Below are positions 1 through 19,377 of a DNA stretch of 64,000 nucleotides, in pieces. Both the position numbers and the translations under genes were made by a program. A model generated the notes under the pieces. The model was not told where the DNA came from. It ran no database searches and was given only the letters and a program-made list of their open reading frames with translations. Numbering within the stretch: the first letter of the stretch is position 1; the number at the start of each line of letters is the position of its first letter. The stretch comes from the human T2T-CHM13v2.0 reference genome, Homo sapiens. The stretch is from the NCBI RefSeq assembly GCF_009914755.1, contig NC_060942.1, one strand, 5' to 3'.

Positions 1-292
1 TGCCTAGAAAGCCCTTCCCCCATATTACCCAAGCTAGAAATTGGAGAGTCTCCTCTGTCATATTTGCAAGAGATCTGTTTTTCCTTCCCTTCTTAACAGT
101 CTCTTTAATGCCTAGGATACTCCCAAATCCACACAAAACCTTCCCAAGCTAGACACAAGTTACCTTTCCAGCACATCATCCTCTTCCAGCAGGTGATATA
201 AACAAACTACCTGAGGTTCTCAGAACTATAAACCTTAAAGCTTCTGCCCCTCTGTACACACTTCCCTCTGCCTAAAATTATCCTTTCTCCTA

Positions 293-593
293 CTTTTTTT
301 TTTATACTTTAAGTTTTAAGTTTTAGGGTACATGTGCACAACATGCAGGTTTGTTACATATGTATACATGTGCCATGTTGGTGTGCTGCACCCATTAACT
401 CTTCATTTAACATTAGGTATATCTCCTAATGCTATCCCTCCCCCCTTCCCCAACCCCACAACAGGCCCTGGTGTGTGATGTTCCCCTTCCTGTGTCGCTG
501 TGTTCTCATTGTTCAATTCTCGCCTATGAGTGAGAACATGCGGTGTTTGGTTTTTTGTCCTTGCCATAGTTTGCTGAGAATGATGGTTTCCAG
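293..593 (-). mobile_element. L1PA 3' end fragment (5'-truncated), inside an L2 remnant
   Basis: T-tract then TATACTTTAAGTTTTAGGGTACATGTGCACAAC...GAGTGAGAACATGCGGTGTTTGG, the reverse complement of the L1PA 3'UTR. Confidence 0.9.
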
Positions 594-2157
594 TTTTTCT
601 CTGACTTCTAACTCCCATTCCCAGTGAAGCCTTTGCTGGCATGCCTCCCATCTTCCATTCAACAGATGGAACTGATTCTTTCCTTTCACTCCCTTGGCCC
701 TGGTACACCTCTTCCCCAGGTTTCTTTTAACTGCAGTGACATTTCGTATTTGTAGGTCTGCCTTCCACACTAGGCTGAGAGCTCAAGGTCTTAGCAACTC
801 CAGTACTTAATAATGATGCTCAATGTATGTTTCCTGGATTAAGTTTCCTGTGTAACTGGCATTATGCTGTCATTTTCCATTCTCCAAATTCAGGATGAGA
901 GCTTTACTAAGGAACACTATTTATTACAGAATAGAATTTTTTGGAAGAAAGGTTTTCTTTATCATTAAAAAGGGATTTTATTACTACACTATCCAAAACT
1001 TGAAGCCTAAAAATTCCTGGCTTAGACAATTAGAAACAACATATGTAAAAATTTGGTCTAATCATATGAGGTTGGAGTTTTTTAAAGCAACAACTTTGAG
1101 TGGAACAAGAACAAATTTGGAATCACAGAATTTTAGAACTAGAAGTCTGCTTGGAGAAACTAAAGGTCAAGTGCTTTCCTTTTATAATTGAGGAAATATG
1201 TACAAGGTTCCTGATCAGTCAGTGGCGACAGCAAGACTAGAACTCGGCCTCCTGCTTCTTGGTCTCAAACATTATACCATCTGAGAGGGAAAACTAAATC
1301 GCCTATTCTATAAAATAAATGAGATACTCAAATTTCATATGAGCACATAAACATTGACCTAAATTGTGTATCTCAATGTAGTATCAAAGCAAACCCAGCC
1401 CAGGGGAACACAGTGAAGCAACAGAGAGAAGGGCTGGCTTTTAAGTCTATGGGCAGAGTAAGAATTCCAGTGGGACACTAGCTGTGTGCTCCTGATTAAA
1501 CTGCTTGCAGGCAGTTTTCTCATCTGCGATGTGAGAACAGTACTTCTTTCAGAAACTGTTATGAGGATTAAATGAGAACATCAGTGAGAGCATTCTGCAA
1601 ATCATAAATGTTACACAAGTGCCAGATATTAATAAAATATGAAATAGGTATTAGTTTACACTATGTTTTAGTTTACACTGAAAAATACATTCACATGTGA
1701 ATGTGAAAACTAGTCACTACTTCATTATTCTGTTTATCCTTATATCTTTCTCTTGTTTTGATGTTGGCCTTTGCTCTGTGCAAGAGAATTATACCAGCTC
1801 CAAGGTAAGAAAAAGAAAGGGAAATTAGGTCTTATTTGATTATGCAATAATTCAGGTTTTTCTTAGACTCTGTTGTCAGTGACAATAGAAAGAGCTCTTT
1901 AAAATCATCACAAGTATATTACCACCTCACAACTGTGTAACACAGGCAGCTGCTTATGTATTCCAACAGACTACAGGTCTCATACAAGCTTAACGTCAGT
2001 GAGGCGCAGAATCTTTAAGTTGCAAGGAGCATTAAGGATCATCTAAATCTTACATTCCCTTAAATGACAAATTATAGTATTTTGTACTTCAACACACAAG
2101 TTAATTATTTCATATGTTAGACCTGACTATAGAGTATAGATGTCTATTAAGAAATGG

Positions 2158-2466
2158 AGCTGGGCATGGTGGCTCACACCTGTAATCCTAGCACTTTGGG
2201 AGGCTGAAGTGGGAGGATCACTTGAGCCCAAGAGTCTGAGACATGCCAGGGCAACATAAAGAGACCCTGTCTCTACAAAAAAAATTCAAAAATTAGCTGG
2301 ATGTGGTGGTACATGCCTGTAGTCCCAGCTCCTCAAGAGGCTGGGGTGAGAGGATCACTTGAGCCCAGGAGATAGAGGCTGCAGTGAACTGAGATCATGC
2401 TGCTGCGATCCAGCCCAGAGAACATAGTGAGACCCCCATCTCCCCACCAGCCAGAAAAAAAAAAAA
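2158..2466 (+). mobile_element. Alu (AluJ-like)
   Basis: Dimeric Alu with GAGGATCACTTGAGCCC motifs and A tail. Confidence 0.9.
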
Positions 2467-4295
2467 GCAAGTGTCTCACAGGAGTACTTCCATATGCTAA
2501 AATCTATGATGAATTAAATTCAACATAAATGCTAAGCCTGTGACACTGAAGTATAAATAGAAGTATTATAAAAATTTTTGACAGTTATTTCTCCATTGGA
2601 CATTAAATCTCACAGATCTTTTTTATACTTGTGCAAACACGGTTACATAAATATATGATCCCACAGTATAATTTCAACTTGGGATTCCATTTTTAGAAAG
2701 GAAACCATAGTTACTTATGATGATAAAGTAAGATAAGATATTAGGATAAGATAAAAGTCAAAGGCAAGTGAAAGGAAAGAATCATGACTATATTCCCGGT
2801 TGCAAATCAGTATTGCATGTGTTTTGGTTAACGTAAATCAATTTACCAGGGTCTGATACATTTCAAACCAACAAGGCAAAAAACCAAACAACAAAAAAAA
2901 CTGGATTCTGAAATAGCATTAACTATATCAAGATACTGTATATATTTGGAACCAGATGAGATCATTTTCTCTCAGCATACATATTCACATGTATTAAATA
3001 AAAATTTAAAAATAAAGCTTTAAGCATGGCTTTATATTGCTATCAACATATATATAAATAGAACTTGTAAACATCAGATGTTTTACTCACTTTCCTTTGT
3101 GAAACATCCTTATAACATTCTCTTAATTCAGCATGTTGTCAAATAGTACTTATTAAGCACTATTCTCAGTAAATGAAACAGAACAGTCCCTTGTTCTGTG
3201 TTGTAATTTGGCACAGACAACATCCACAGAGGCCAGCCCTCCAAAGGGTATATCAAACCGTTCTAAAGAAAGATTACAACAGTAAGGCCCAAGAAAAAGG
3301 CACTTAAAATTCTGTACCAGTCCCAATTTAGTGTTTGTGATTGAGTAAAGGGTCAACCAAATGATCACTTGGCTCCTCCCCTCCACTATTTTTACCTCAA
3401 TGCGTTGGGCATATGTTAATTTGTTATTACTCACTTAACTATTCCACTATAAAAGTGCTTAGTATTTTCTATATACTTAGCTTTTAAACCCTATTAACTC
3501 AGCAGCTCCCACTTTAAAAATATATATTTTTTCCACATTAATGATAGGAAATACAGTTAACCAATTTACTAAACCATCACTGTGGCACAAAATTTTATTT
3601 GGAGCCATTTCCCATTAACTACTGTGAAGATTTCTTTAAGAAAGGTCCTACCATTTTTAAGTAAAAATTGTTATCTTTTGAGGTAAACAGTGATTCCAAG
3701 TATTTTCATAAACATTGTGGGAAAAGATTTTCCTCCATAGTCTGCTAATTGATCAGTTCCTGGAAAGTCTCTTAGTGGCCACAAGAATTTGTTTTGTGCT
3801 CTGTACTACCTTATAACTTAGAAGAGAGAAACAGGGGGTGGAGACACAAAAGAGAGAGTAATGTGCATAGAAGAACCAAGAAATAAAGAATAGTGCGAGA
3901 TAAAAATGCTAATTTTGAGGCTGAGTGCTAATATTGTGTCCAAGACTCTAAGTCAACAAATGTTCAGTGAAGGCTTGTACCCTACCTCCTAAGAACACAG
4001 CCAAACAAAGATATGTTGAACAGTAAGCATGACTCATATGGATTTCTCTTTTGCAAGAAATACTTCTTTTCATCTAATCTAAGTAGCTCTTGAACTGTTT
4101 CTCTTTCTTCAGTTCTTTGTGAGAAAGAAAACAGTTGTTCAGCCTTCTTTTCTTGACAATTTTTTGCATATTCAGACAGTTAAGTGGTCTCTTAAACTTT
4201 TCTTCAAATTAAAGATTCACAACTCCTTTACCCTTTCCTCATTTATGGGCCTTATTTTTTATAAGCCTTTGACTATTTCTACTACTCTTCTCTGA

Positions 4296-4624
<329 letters not shown>

Positions 4625-5549
4625 TCTTTCTTTAATTCTAGAGTCTGAAAGAGAAAATAGGATGTTTGACTAATGGCCTGGCCAACAGGCAAAGCATGAT
4701 TATTTTCCTGTTCTTAAAAATTATATTCTTTTACTGACATTAAAATAGGAATCCCAGGATCTAAGGTAAAAGACACACATGACAGAAATTCTGGCTTCAA
4801 CTTATGCCTCACTCTATTATATACAGGTCTGTTCTTTCAGTTTCCATTTTCTACTTCATGTATTTGAATTGTACATCTCCAAGTACATCTCTAAATGTAT
4901 CACTACCATTTTCTTTTTCTATAGAAATTCCTCTTCCACCTCTACTTAAGTGTTTTCACAATTCAATCAACTCCACCAATTTAATATGACTTGACTGGCT
5001 AATGAGCTTGTCAACCTTTGTAACCTTCAGGAAGGTTACAAAATTTATCAAACTTGCAAATATAAGTTTTTCAACCATTTTTATTCATAAGCTTGTCAAA
5101 CTGTTTTAACAATTTTCCTCCAGGTGGCTGCTCTATATCTTAAAGATCACTGCATTTTTAATGGCATTATATTTTTTAAAAAGATGATTTCCTTTTCCTC
5201 TTACATAATCTACCATCATTTTTAGAACTCTCCATATAATACACTTTCCCTCCATATATAGTCATATATTTTCATGCACTTTTACTTAAATTGCATAGGA
5301 GCCCTTTCTTTCCCTTTATTCATGCTATTGTGTGTTGGAAGTTTTTTGAGACCTAATAAATTTTAATCCATTCTATTCCTAAATTTGTTTTACTCTCGTT
5401 GTCCCAACTTCCCATGGTAGTTTCTGGGAGCTCCAACTTTTGAGAGCCATATACATTTGCACTGCAAATCAATAAAAGAGATATCAAATGAACTAAGATA
5501 GGGACTTTTCACTGGGGAAGTTATATTGCAAAGAAAACACCTACGTCAT

Positions 5550-5770
5550 TAAGTGGCTCAGTAGCTACCATTTACTGAGCAGCAATTCTTTTCCAGGAAA
5601 CATATTAAGTGTTTAACAGTCAACAGGTATGTAAATTATTCTTCCCAAATTTATAGATAAGAAAAACTTAAGTTCAAAGAGGTGAAGTAACCAGCCCCAA
5701 ATCATTCTGTTAATAAATGACAGAGCTGGAGAGAGAACCAGGAATGTCTGCCTCCCTGAGTTTGACATGG
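5550..5770 (-). mobile_element. MIR
   Basis: MIR core AATTTATAGATAAGAAAACTTAAGTTCAAAGAGGTGAAGTAAC. Further MIR-like copies at ~1440-1640, 14110-14320, 15120-15330, 18410-18600, 27370-27550, 45690-45910 and 51760-51975. Confidence 0.65.
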
Positions 5771-6614
5771 AAATTGAGAGTTCAATCTTGAAATGATTGC
5801 AATGGTGATGTTTGAGGGAGCTGAGGTCTGGTGCAGTATCACCACTATCAGAAGCATCGACAGAAAAGCTGATGGCAGCAACATGCTTATCACCCACAAA
5901 TGCTCATTAAAATTTTTCCTCCAAGGGACTGTATCATTATATTCTGTCACATCATAAAAATCAAAATCAGACACGTGAAGATAAGTGATACTCTGGGTTT
6001 AAATTAAGCATCTAACCTTGGAGAGAAAAACTGGCATTAAGCTCAGACAACTAAAATGACTCATGAATATTTCCAATTTTCCTTCTAACCATAAAAAATG
6101 TGACCTTTCAAAAAATGCCACATCATTTGTGGGTATATTAAAGCTGTATTTTCTAAATCTGAAAATTAAAATTTCTTAGGTCTCAAAAAACTTCCAACAC
6201 ACAATAGCATGAATAAAGGGAAAAAAAGGGGTCCTATGAAATTTAAGTAAAAGTGCATGAAAAAATATGACTATATATGGAGGGAAAGTATATTATATGG
6301 AGAGTTCTAAAAATGGTGGTAGATTATGTAAGAGGAAAAGGAAATCATCTTTTTAAAAAATATAATGCCATTAAAAATGCAGTGATCTTTAAGATGTGGA
6401 GCAGCCAGCCACCTGGAGGAAAATTGTTAAAACAGTTTGACAAGCTTATGAATAAAAATGGTCGAAAAACTTGTATTTGCAAGTTTGATAAATTTTGTAA
6501 CCTTCCTGAAGGCCACATACCATTAGAGGCTTTAATTCTTATAAGCTAGAAACTTAAACATGGTATTGTAAGAGACAACTTTTGGGAGTTCTGTCTAGTT
6601 TACCCTTTAACCAT

Positions 6615-7023
6615 TGATAGGGTTTGGATCTGTGTCCTTGCCCCAGTCTCACATTGAATTGTGATCCCCAGTGTTGGAGGTGGGGCCTGGTGGGAGGTGA
6701 CTGGATGATGGGGGTGGTTTCTCATGAATGGTTTGGCATCACCCCCTGTGGTTGGAACAGTGAGTGAGTTCTCGTGAGATCTGGTTGTTTAAAAGTGTGT
6801 AGCACCTCTCCCCTCTCTCTCTTCCTCCTGCTCCAGCCATGTGAGGTACCTCACTACCCTTTGCCTTCTGCCATGATTGTAAGTTTCCTGAGGCCTCCCC
6901 AGAAACTGATGCTACCATGCTTCCCATATTGCTGCAGATCCGTGAACCAATTAGACCTCTTTTTTAAATAAATTACTTAGTCTCAAGTATTTCTTTATAG
7001 AAATGCAAGAACAGACTAATACA
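6615..7023 (+). mobile_element. MSTA-like MaLR solo LTR
   Basis: TGATAGGGTTTGGATCTGTGTCC...GACTAATACA termini; 5-bp TSD ACCAT (6610-6614, 7024-7028). Confidence 0.88.
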
Positions 7024-8789
7024 ACCATTAAATGTCACTCTTACCCCCAGAGGAGGGGCCCCAGACACAACATTTAATACTAAATGCTTCAACTCTCCAG
7101 ACACAGTTGATTGGCTCAAGAATGAGTATGTGGAATCATCTTCCATCTTTTCGGTTCCTTGTTTTAGTCCTTTGCTGCATTCTTGCCCCTGAATTCCCTG
7201 ATAGTCCTCTATTCTCCTTTTCTCATTCAGTAGTTCAAGTTTTTTTTTTTGTATCATCTGCAAAGCCTTAGCAAAATTTACAGTTTCAAAAACCTTTACA
7301 GAATGAATTTATGTTTCTTTATGTACTACCCTCTCCTCTCAAAAAATAACTCTCTAAAATAAAGACTTGCAATGACACCTTCCTTTTATGGGGGAGGGGG
7401 AACGGGCAAGGTAAGTTTCAGAGTCTCTATCGTCCATATTAACTTTTATTATCTCCATCAATTAAAGGGAAATGCCCTGTCTCAAATTTTGATTCACTGT
7501 TGGACCGCTTTTATATCAATAACAACTTAAAACTATATGTCATTCTACACTATTAGGTTTTTATTTCTCCTACATTTTCCCAGTGATATTCTAAATCATT
7601 TTAATAATTTTGGAGTCCATGATCCTTTGGCAAGGGATCCAAAAAGGATCAAAAGCCACTTAGGATTATTTCTATCATAAGAATCAAATAGAAATAGTTC
7701 AAAGAACAACTTCAGCATTCTGGGTAATGTCCACCTCCCAGAATCACTATTGTTAATACCCAATAACCAAGCCTAAATCTTTCTAACAAAACAAATCCTT
7801 TATTCCATTATAGCCATAGTCACCTTAAAGCAGAGGCTGCATGCCATTCTGAATTCTGTTGCTACCACGATATTTTTGAACTCCACAACACAGTACTTCA
7901 AATACTAAAAGAGAATTCAAGCTGTGAAGATATGAATTGAGAAAAGCCAGAAAGTGCTTCAGCTTGCCGGCTATGTTTCCGGCTTAGGTGCTTGATACCA
8001 TTTTAATCTATGCTGATAAAAGACACTTCACTCCTCTAATGAAAAGCACTAATCCAACTAAAGGTGAACTTTAATTCTAAATGAACAACTTTCTATCTCA
8101 CACCTTCCTGGTGCAGAGGAGGAATGACATTCTTTAATCTTAATTGCTGTTAGCCTACAGTATGCATGTAAGATAGAAAAAAACAAAAACAAAACCACAG
8201 TTGAATACTTAACCACTTTCTGCACTGCAAAGACTGGTAAACAAGTTCAAAAAATACTAGAAATCATGGCTTGTCATGGACAACTGAGTAACATGAAACT
8301 GAAGGACATGATATAACAATTTGGTTTCAAACACCATGTCACTGTATTATATTTTCATTTGAACACTGAAAGAGTTGTTGCTCAGTGGGATCAAAGCGAG
8401 GGGTGGTAAGTGGAAGAAACAATTAACACTGAAGTACAACTCCGCAGGCTGTCAGACCCAGACAACAGACCAAAGACAAAATCATGGCAGAGAATGCTGG
8501 TATTTCAGGATATCTCAGAAATATGAAAACCAACCTTTAGAACACTCTCTTACCAAATGAATCAACTATATTACAAATGAATGGCATATACAAACATACT
8601 GACAGGCATGAAGGGAGCTGTCCCTAGTAGTTTTAGAAACAGTGTTTCTGACTTCATGCTGTAATACAAAGAAAAAAAGACCTGTACACAAATACTGTAC
8701 TCTAGTTGCTAAACTTGTTTCTCGCAAGAGTACGGATTCACAAACTCTCTCTATATATATACTAGGATTGAACAAATAAACAAATATAT

Positions 8790-13765
<4,976 letters not shown>

Positions 13766-16700
13766 ACAAAAGTTTTAATTTTAACATTAATTGGCTGTCT
13801 GAATACTAGATCACATTTGTCTGCAGAACATCATTGGTAGATTTTCCAAGATATCTCACAAAAGTCTATTTAGCCAACAAGGTTTTTTTAAATAATGGGA
13901 GAAACCAGTAGAGGTGTAACAATAACAATGAGAAATGGTGACACAGAATAAAAATTAGGGTTTTAGAAAATGTTGTTATGTGATAAAAAGTAGTAAATTA
14001 AAAGAGGAGGAAGATGTTGCTGTAGAGGTAAAATCCCACACAATCTCTGAAGAGCTACTGTGGCTAATTTCACACATGGAATCTGGGAGGGGTGAAAGGC
14101 AGGTGAGAAGTATTCGTGTTTGAATTCCTAGAGTGTGCCAGGCAGTTTTAAGTGGCTTTGGCGCATAATCTTAGCTAATCTTATTACCTTGTGAGAAAGG
14201 TTATTACTAGCCCTGCTTTACAAGTAAAAAAATTGCACCCAAGGTCTCCTAGTTAAGCAGTAGAACTGAGTTTCAATCTCAGGTCAAAGTTCAAAGTCTC
14301 TTTCTCTATATTTACTGCATCTGATGAAAACTGAGAGTAATTTTCCTCTGATAAAGGGCAAAACTTAGAGGCTAGCAGGAATAATAAAATATATCAAAGG
14401 GGATGAGTAAAAATATGTGAATAAAGATGGTATACGGTAGAACTGATTAAGTTGTTAAAAGATAAAGGGAAGACAATGATGGAAGAGGTTTTAGATGAGC
14501 GCTCTCCTCACAAGAATTTCAGAGTTGGGGAAATACGAAAAGGGATGTAAGAAATGCAGCACAGAACCAACCTGTGGACCTCTGAAGGTCAAGTAAGTTA
14601 AAGGGAAACAGGCAGAACATAGAGCCATTACAGTCACACTCTTGAGATTATTTTAGCTCTAGTTTACCAGTTGTGTGTGTGTGTATGACTTGCAATGTCT
14701 TATCCACAAGAAAAATAACTACAAGAGGACATATATTTATCTATATTCTTCTAACCTAAAAGAAACACTTCAAATTAACAGCTGTAACTTAAATTCTGGG
14801 TAAAAGGTTACAAAATTAGAAGCCAGCCCTCTGTCTGTTGCTAAATACCAATGTTCTTTCTTACATAGTTAACCTGATGAAGCAGCTGAAGTCAAATGTC
14901 ATTTCTGTAAGTTTAAACAACTTCATTATTAGGAGTGTTTAAGCATATCACCTTATTTGTACCAACAATTTCCCTTGAATTTTATTTTTAAATTAAAGGT
15001 AGGATAATAGTTTAAGAAAAACCCATTATTCTGATTACGCAGTTTCAAACCTAAAATGGACAAAATCTCAAGTGTGAGAGATTTATTTATTCTGAGTATG
15101 TAACTGGGAGGTACTGAAAGGACAGAGATTTTGAAGACAGAGAAACAGTTTCAAATCCTAGACTCCTTTTTCAAATCCTAACCTCCTTACTTACTAGCTG
15201 GGGGACCTTAAGCAAGCCTTATTTTTTGAGTCAATAAATGTGAAGCCTACTTTAAAGGTCATCATGGAATTAAATGAGAAATTACACATATAAATCCCAA
15301 TCCAGCACCTGCACAGAGAGAGCCTTTAACACAGGTAGAGAGAAAGTAACTCTATAATGTTCTTCATTTTACACCTGGATTTAGACCACTATAATGACAT
15401 ACAATCATTAAAATGATGAAAGTGACAAATGGGCAACTAGCAAGTATAACCAAGCAAAGCAATGTGTTATAATGAAAATAGCACCAGACAGAGCCAGGAG
15501 ACGTGGGCTTTAGCTGTTATTTCACGTGTTACTCAGCAATGACCTCGAGAGGACTACAGTAGCTCCTGTGCTTGCTTTCTCCTGCTGTTCTCTTTGCCAT
15601 AGGAAGGGGATGGGATGGCATCATCTCAGGGCTTCCTTCCAGCTACAGAATCCTGAGAGCTCAAGATACTACTCCGTGCTGGGTGCTTGAGAAAGACATG
15701 AGTGAGAAATGTTGTAAAAACTGTAACTGAAATTAGTTCTAAAGAAAAGGAAAAGGAAGAAGGCAACTGATACTCTGCACACATTTGAGGGGTTATCCCA
15801 AGATCTTCAGTGTCTAGAATTCCATGACCAGCAGAAACTGACTTTCTAGAGGGGTTAAAGGTAAAGAAGAAAATGAGCAGCAGGGACAATGAACAGCAAG
15901 GATGATGATTAAATCCTGAAACAGGGAGCCAAGCTGATTACCCCGAGAAAGTCAAGGTGGTTCCACCTCTGAATGCGGAGACAGATTTACCTACAGATGG
16001 CAAACCAGGGAACTTTCAAACACGAGAAAATGGGAGGAAAAAAAATGACACTTCAGTGGCAGTCTTTATTTTCTTATTAAAAGATCCCACATAGACAATA
16101 GCAAATATAAGTTTTAAAGAATGTTTCCTTTTTAAATTATTTAGAACTGTGCTGTTACTCAGTTTCTGTGCTCCTCACATTCTTAAACTAGGCAAACTGA
16201 GCTTACCTTTAAGCAGCATTTTTATGACTCTCATGATGTTCCATCTAAAAACAGTTGAACTGATCTCTTTAAAATGGTAAACTAATGTCCAAAAGTCCAA
16301 AATAACCCAACCCCAGCACCTCTAAAGTCTAAGATAAAAAACAACTGCTTGAACAAATTACTGCTTTCACCAAAAGTATGAGGAACTAAACATGTACCTT
16401 CCCCCATTTCTGTATTCTTTCTTTCTTACTTGGAAAGGAACAAACTTCAGCTGCCATTCCTACTCCAAGTAAAACAATAAGGAAGAGAGAAGGCCTACGA
16501 TATACAACTAAATAAAAGACAAAAATAAACCGGATTTATCTGGCAGAGCGGGTCTGTTTGCTATGGTCTAAAGCTAGACTCCCATGCCAGCCACCAGCCC
16601 TGTGAATTGATGGCTTCCATCCGTGACCTTCCTTTCACAGGTCGTGCTAAGCCCTCACACTTTCCTCACCTTGGCCATCTGCCTGGCTTGCCTGGCTTCT

Positions 16701-18871
16701 GTGATGACAGCTAGCGCTCCTCCACATGGCCCCTTCTGCCCTAGAGGCAGCTGAACCCACTGTCAAACTGACTGTTCCCCTTGGGAGGCTGTGATCCACA
16801 GGAACTAACTGCTGCTGAGGACAGGGGTTAGCGACAATGACAGCCTTCCTTTCTTTCCAGACCTTGCAACAAAGGCGAGTCAAGAACAAGTGCATGTCAA
16901 ATCCTCATCCTGATAATTACACTTAAATACGGAAGCAAGAAACTTGGGCTGATTTATAAGTTTATAATGGAACTTATCTTTTACTTCTATCTTTAGGAAT
17001 TACCCAACTGCTGAATCTCAGTTTTCTTATCTATAAAATGAAATCTATAATAACATTACCTTCCGAGATTGCTTTCAAGATATAGGACTGCTAAGAAACA
17101 TTTAAGGGAATTGTCACTGAAATAAGTAGTTAGCCCCTCAAGGTGACAAATTTGAAGGCACCGTGTCTCCTAAGCAAGAGCCCCAGGAATTGGAGGAAGA
17201 TGGGAAGGGATGAGAACAGAAGTAGCACAGCTTTCATTCCTATCCCCCACACATCCTCCCATGAGTAACAGTGGCTCATTTCAGTAAGGACTCTGGTGGT
17301 AAGGTGCAGGTGGAGGGGGCGTGGTATATACTGATCCTCAATCTCACCCTCACTCCGTTGCTCTAATTGCGAACAGGTGTCACTGCCTTTATTGAGTCAA
17401 TACTATTATTTGCAAGACCTGGAGCTTAAACAGCATAATTGCAGAGGATCCTCAAGACAAACACCAAGACCGAGGCTCTGAAGGCTTGCTGGGCACTGAA
17501 AGCCTGGTCAATAGAATTCTAAGGCCCACTTTCTTCACCTATCATTACAATTTCAGTTATTTAACATGAAGAATTATAGAGAAAAGAAAGAAGAGTTCTT
17601 TTTCAAAAGAACATGCATGGAAGGAAAAACCAGAATTAGGTGACAATAAAAGCCTTGGTTCTATTGCCAGGCTGACATCAGATAAGCACAGAATTGACTC
17701 AGATCAAGAACCCGAAGCAGGCACACTTTGTATAAGGAGAAACTTCCTGTGATTGCTTAAGTCAATTTACTTCCGATAAGGTGATGCTCCAGGGGGTTTG
17801 TTCAGTCCTATTAAACCTCTCCAACTCAAGAGAACATAGCAGATTGACAACCCTGCAGGTTGGACCTTATCCTGGGTCATTTCTAGACCAAAGATATTGA
17901 GAAAACACCTGAAATGCTTTGGTTGGAAAGTAACAGAGTGACCAAATGAGCTTTTTTTTTTTTCTTTAAAAAGCACTTTTTTAAAAGTGGGGTTATTTCT
18001 GGTAAGAATACGAGAGGTCATTGATTGACATAGCTAAGTAAGGGCAATGTTGGGTACTGAGCCTTAGCATCCATCATTCCCAATCACCCCCTCTAAGTCT
18101 CAATCAGCCACCAACTTCCATTCTGACACACTCTCTTACAAAAACAGTCACACAAACAAATGACCTTTATTTACACTCAGTGACAGTTCTAGTGAATGAA
18201 GGTGAATGAAGGTGCCAGCACTGCCTCCCATTCCTCATCCCCCAGTCCCAAGAGTTAGCTCTAGAAATTGCATCTTGGCCTAGTCCCTTAGGACCAGCGG
18301 GGGCACTCTTGCACAGTTTCTGCACATCTGCTCCATTCTTCTCTCTCTGTTGGCTGGCCTCTTCTGTTCATACATTGTTCCCTAATTCCTGATGATTTCA
18401 GGCATTTATTTGATTGTTTATTAGCTTATTTAACATAAATAGCACTTACCAGTACATCAAGCAATGTTTTAAAGACTCCACAGATATTAACTCATTAAAT
18501 CAAAAAGTCTTGACATGGAAACTATCATCCTTACTTTTTTTAGCTGAAGAAAGTGAGGTACAGAGAAATTAAATAACTTGCTTAAGATCACACGGCTTCT
18601 ACATGACTCTAATGGGTTTTGGGAACCTCTCTATCTCATGTTATTATAGCTTCAGATCCCAAGGCTGTTGATATGTCCTAGTTCAAATTCTCAAGAGAGA
18701 ATTAACCAGCCAGCCCTGCTTAATATTGTAATTAGTATACTGTCTGTACTCTGTTACCATTACTAATAATTAACACAAGCACATTCAGAAAATGTAATGG
18801 TGAGCCTCATTAAAGGTGATGAAGTTAAGAAATCTCAGCCTTTGATTTTGTTCCTTCCTTTAAGAGTACAA

Positions 18872-19377
18872 TACTAAGTTTTGATTCTACAATGAATCTC
18901 CAAAATTGGAATGTATCCTACAATCATTGCTGAGCAGATGGCGGTTGTGATGTATCCTCATTGCCTGTGCATACCCATAGAACTTACAGAATGAGTGTCA
19001 GTAGCTTGGAAGAAAATTCTGTAGACAACAGTGGCATTCCTAAGAAATGCTGTATCAACAATGCTCTTGATGGCACAGAGGACCATATTGTGTGGAAATA
19101 CATGGACATCTGCAGCTGCGTGGAAAAGCAACGCAGAAGAACTCAACTGTGAATGGAAAGAAGCCTTAGAAATACCTTCGTTTATTTCACATATACATTT
19201 TTGTCTCTATGAGCCCAAGTGTAAAAATCTGTATCTACATAAGTCTCAAAGAGTTTATCAAGTATAAAATTTTAAGTGATTAAGAAGCACCATTTTATGA
19301 CATCTTTTTCTTTCTTAGCTGTATATTTAAAAAATAGTACCTCTTACAAGTGATGCTTAAGATTTAATAAAATACAG
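18872..19377 (+). mobile_element. TcMar-Tc2 (Kanga-like) DNA transposon fossil
   Basis: Encodes remnant KKCCINNALDGTEDHIVW, typical of a pogo/Tc2 transposase C-terminus. Degenerate TIR-like ends (...GATTCTACAATG / TAAGATTTAATAAAATAC). Confidence 0.6.

Noticed and set aside
15149-15190. Short tandem duplications (also ~1651-1680, 11769-11796, 18192-18214)
   Set aside because: Ordinary two-copy slippage duplications.
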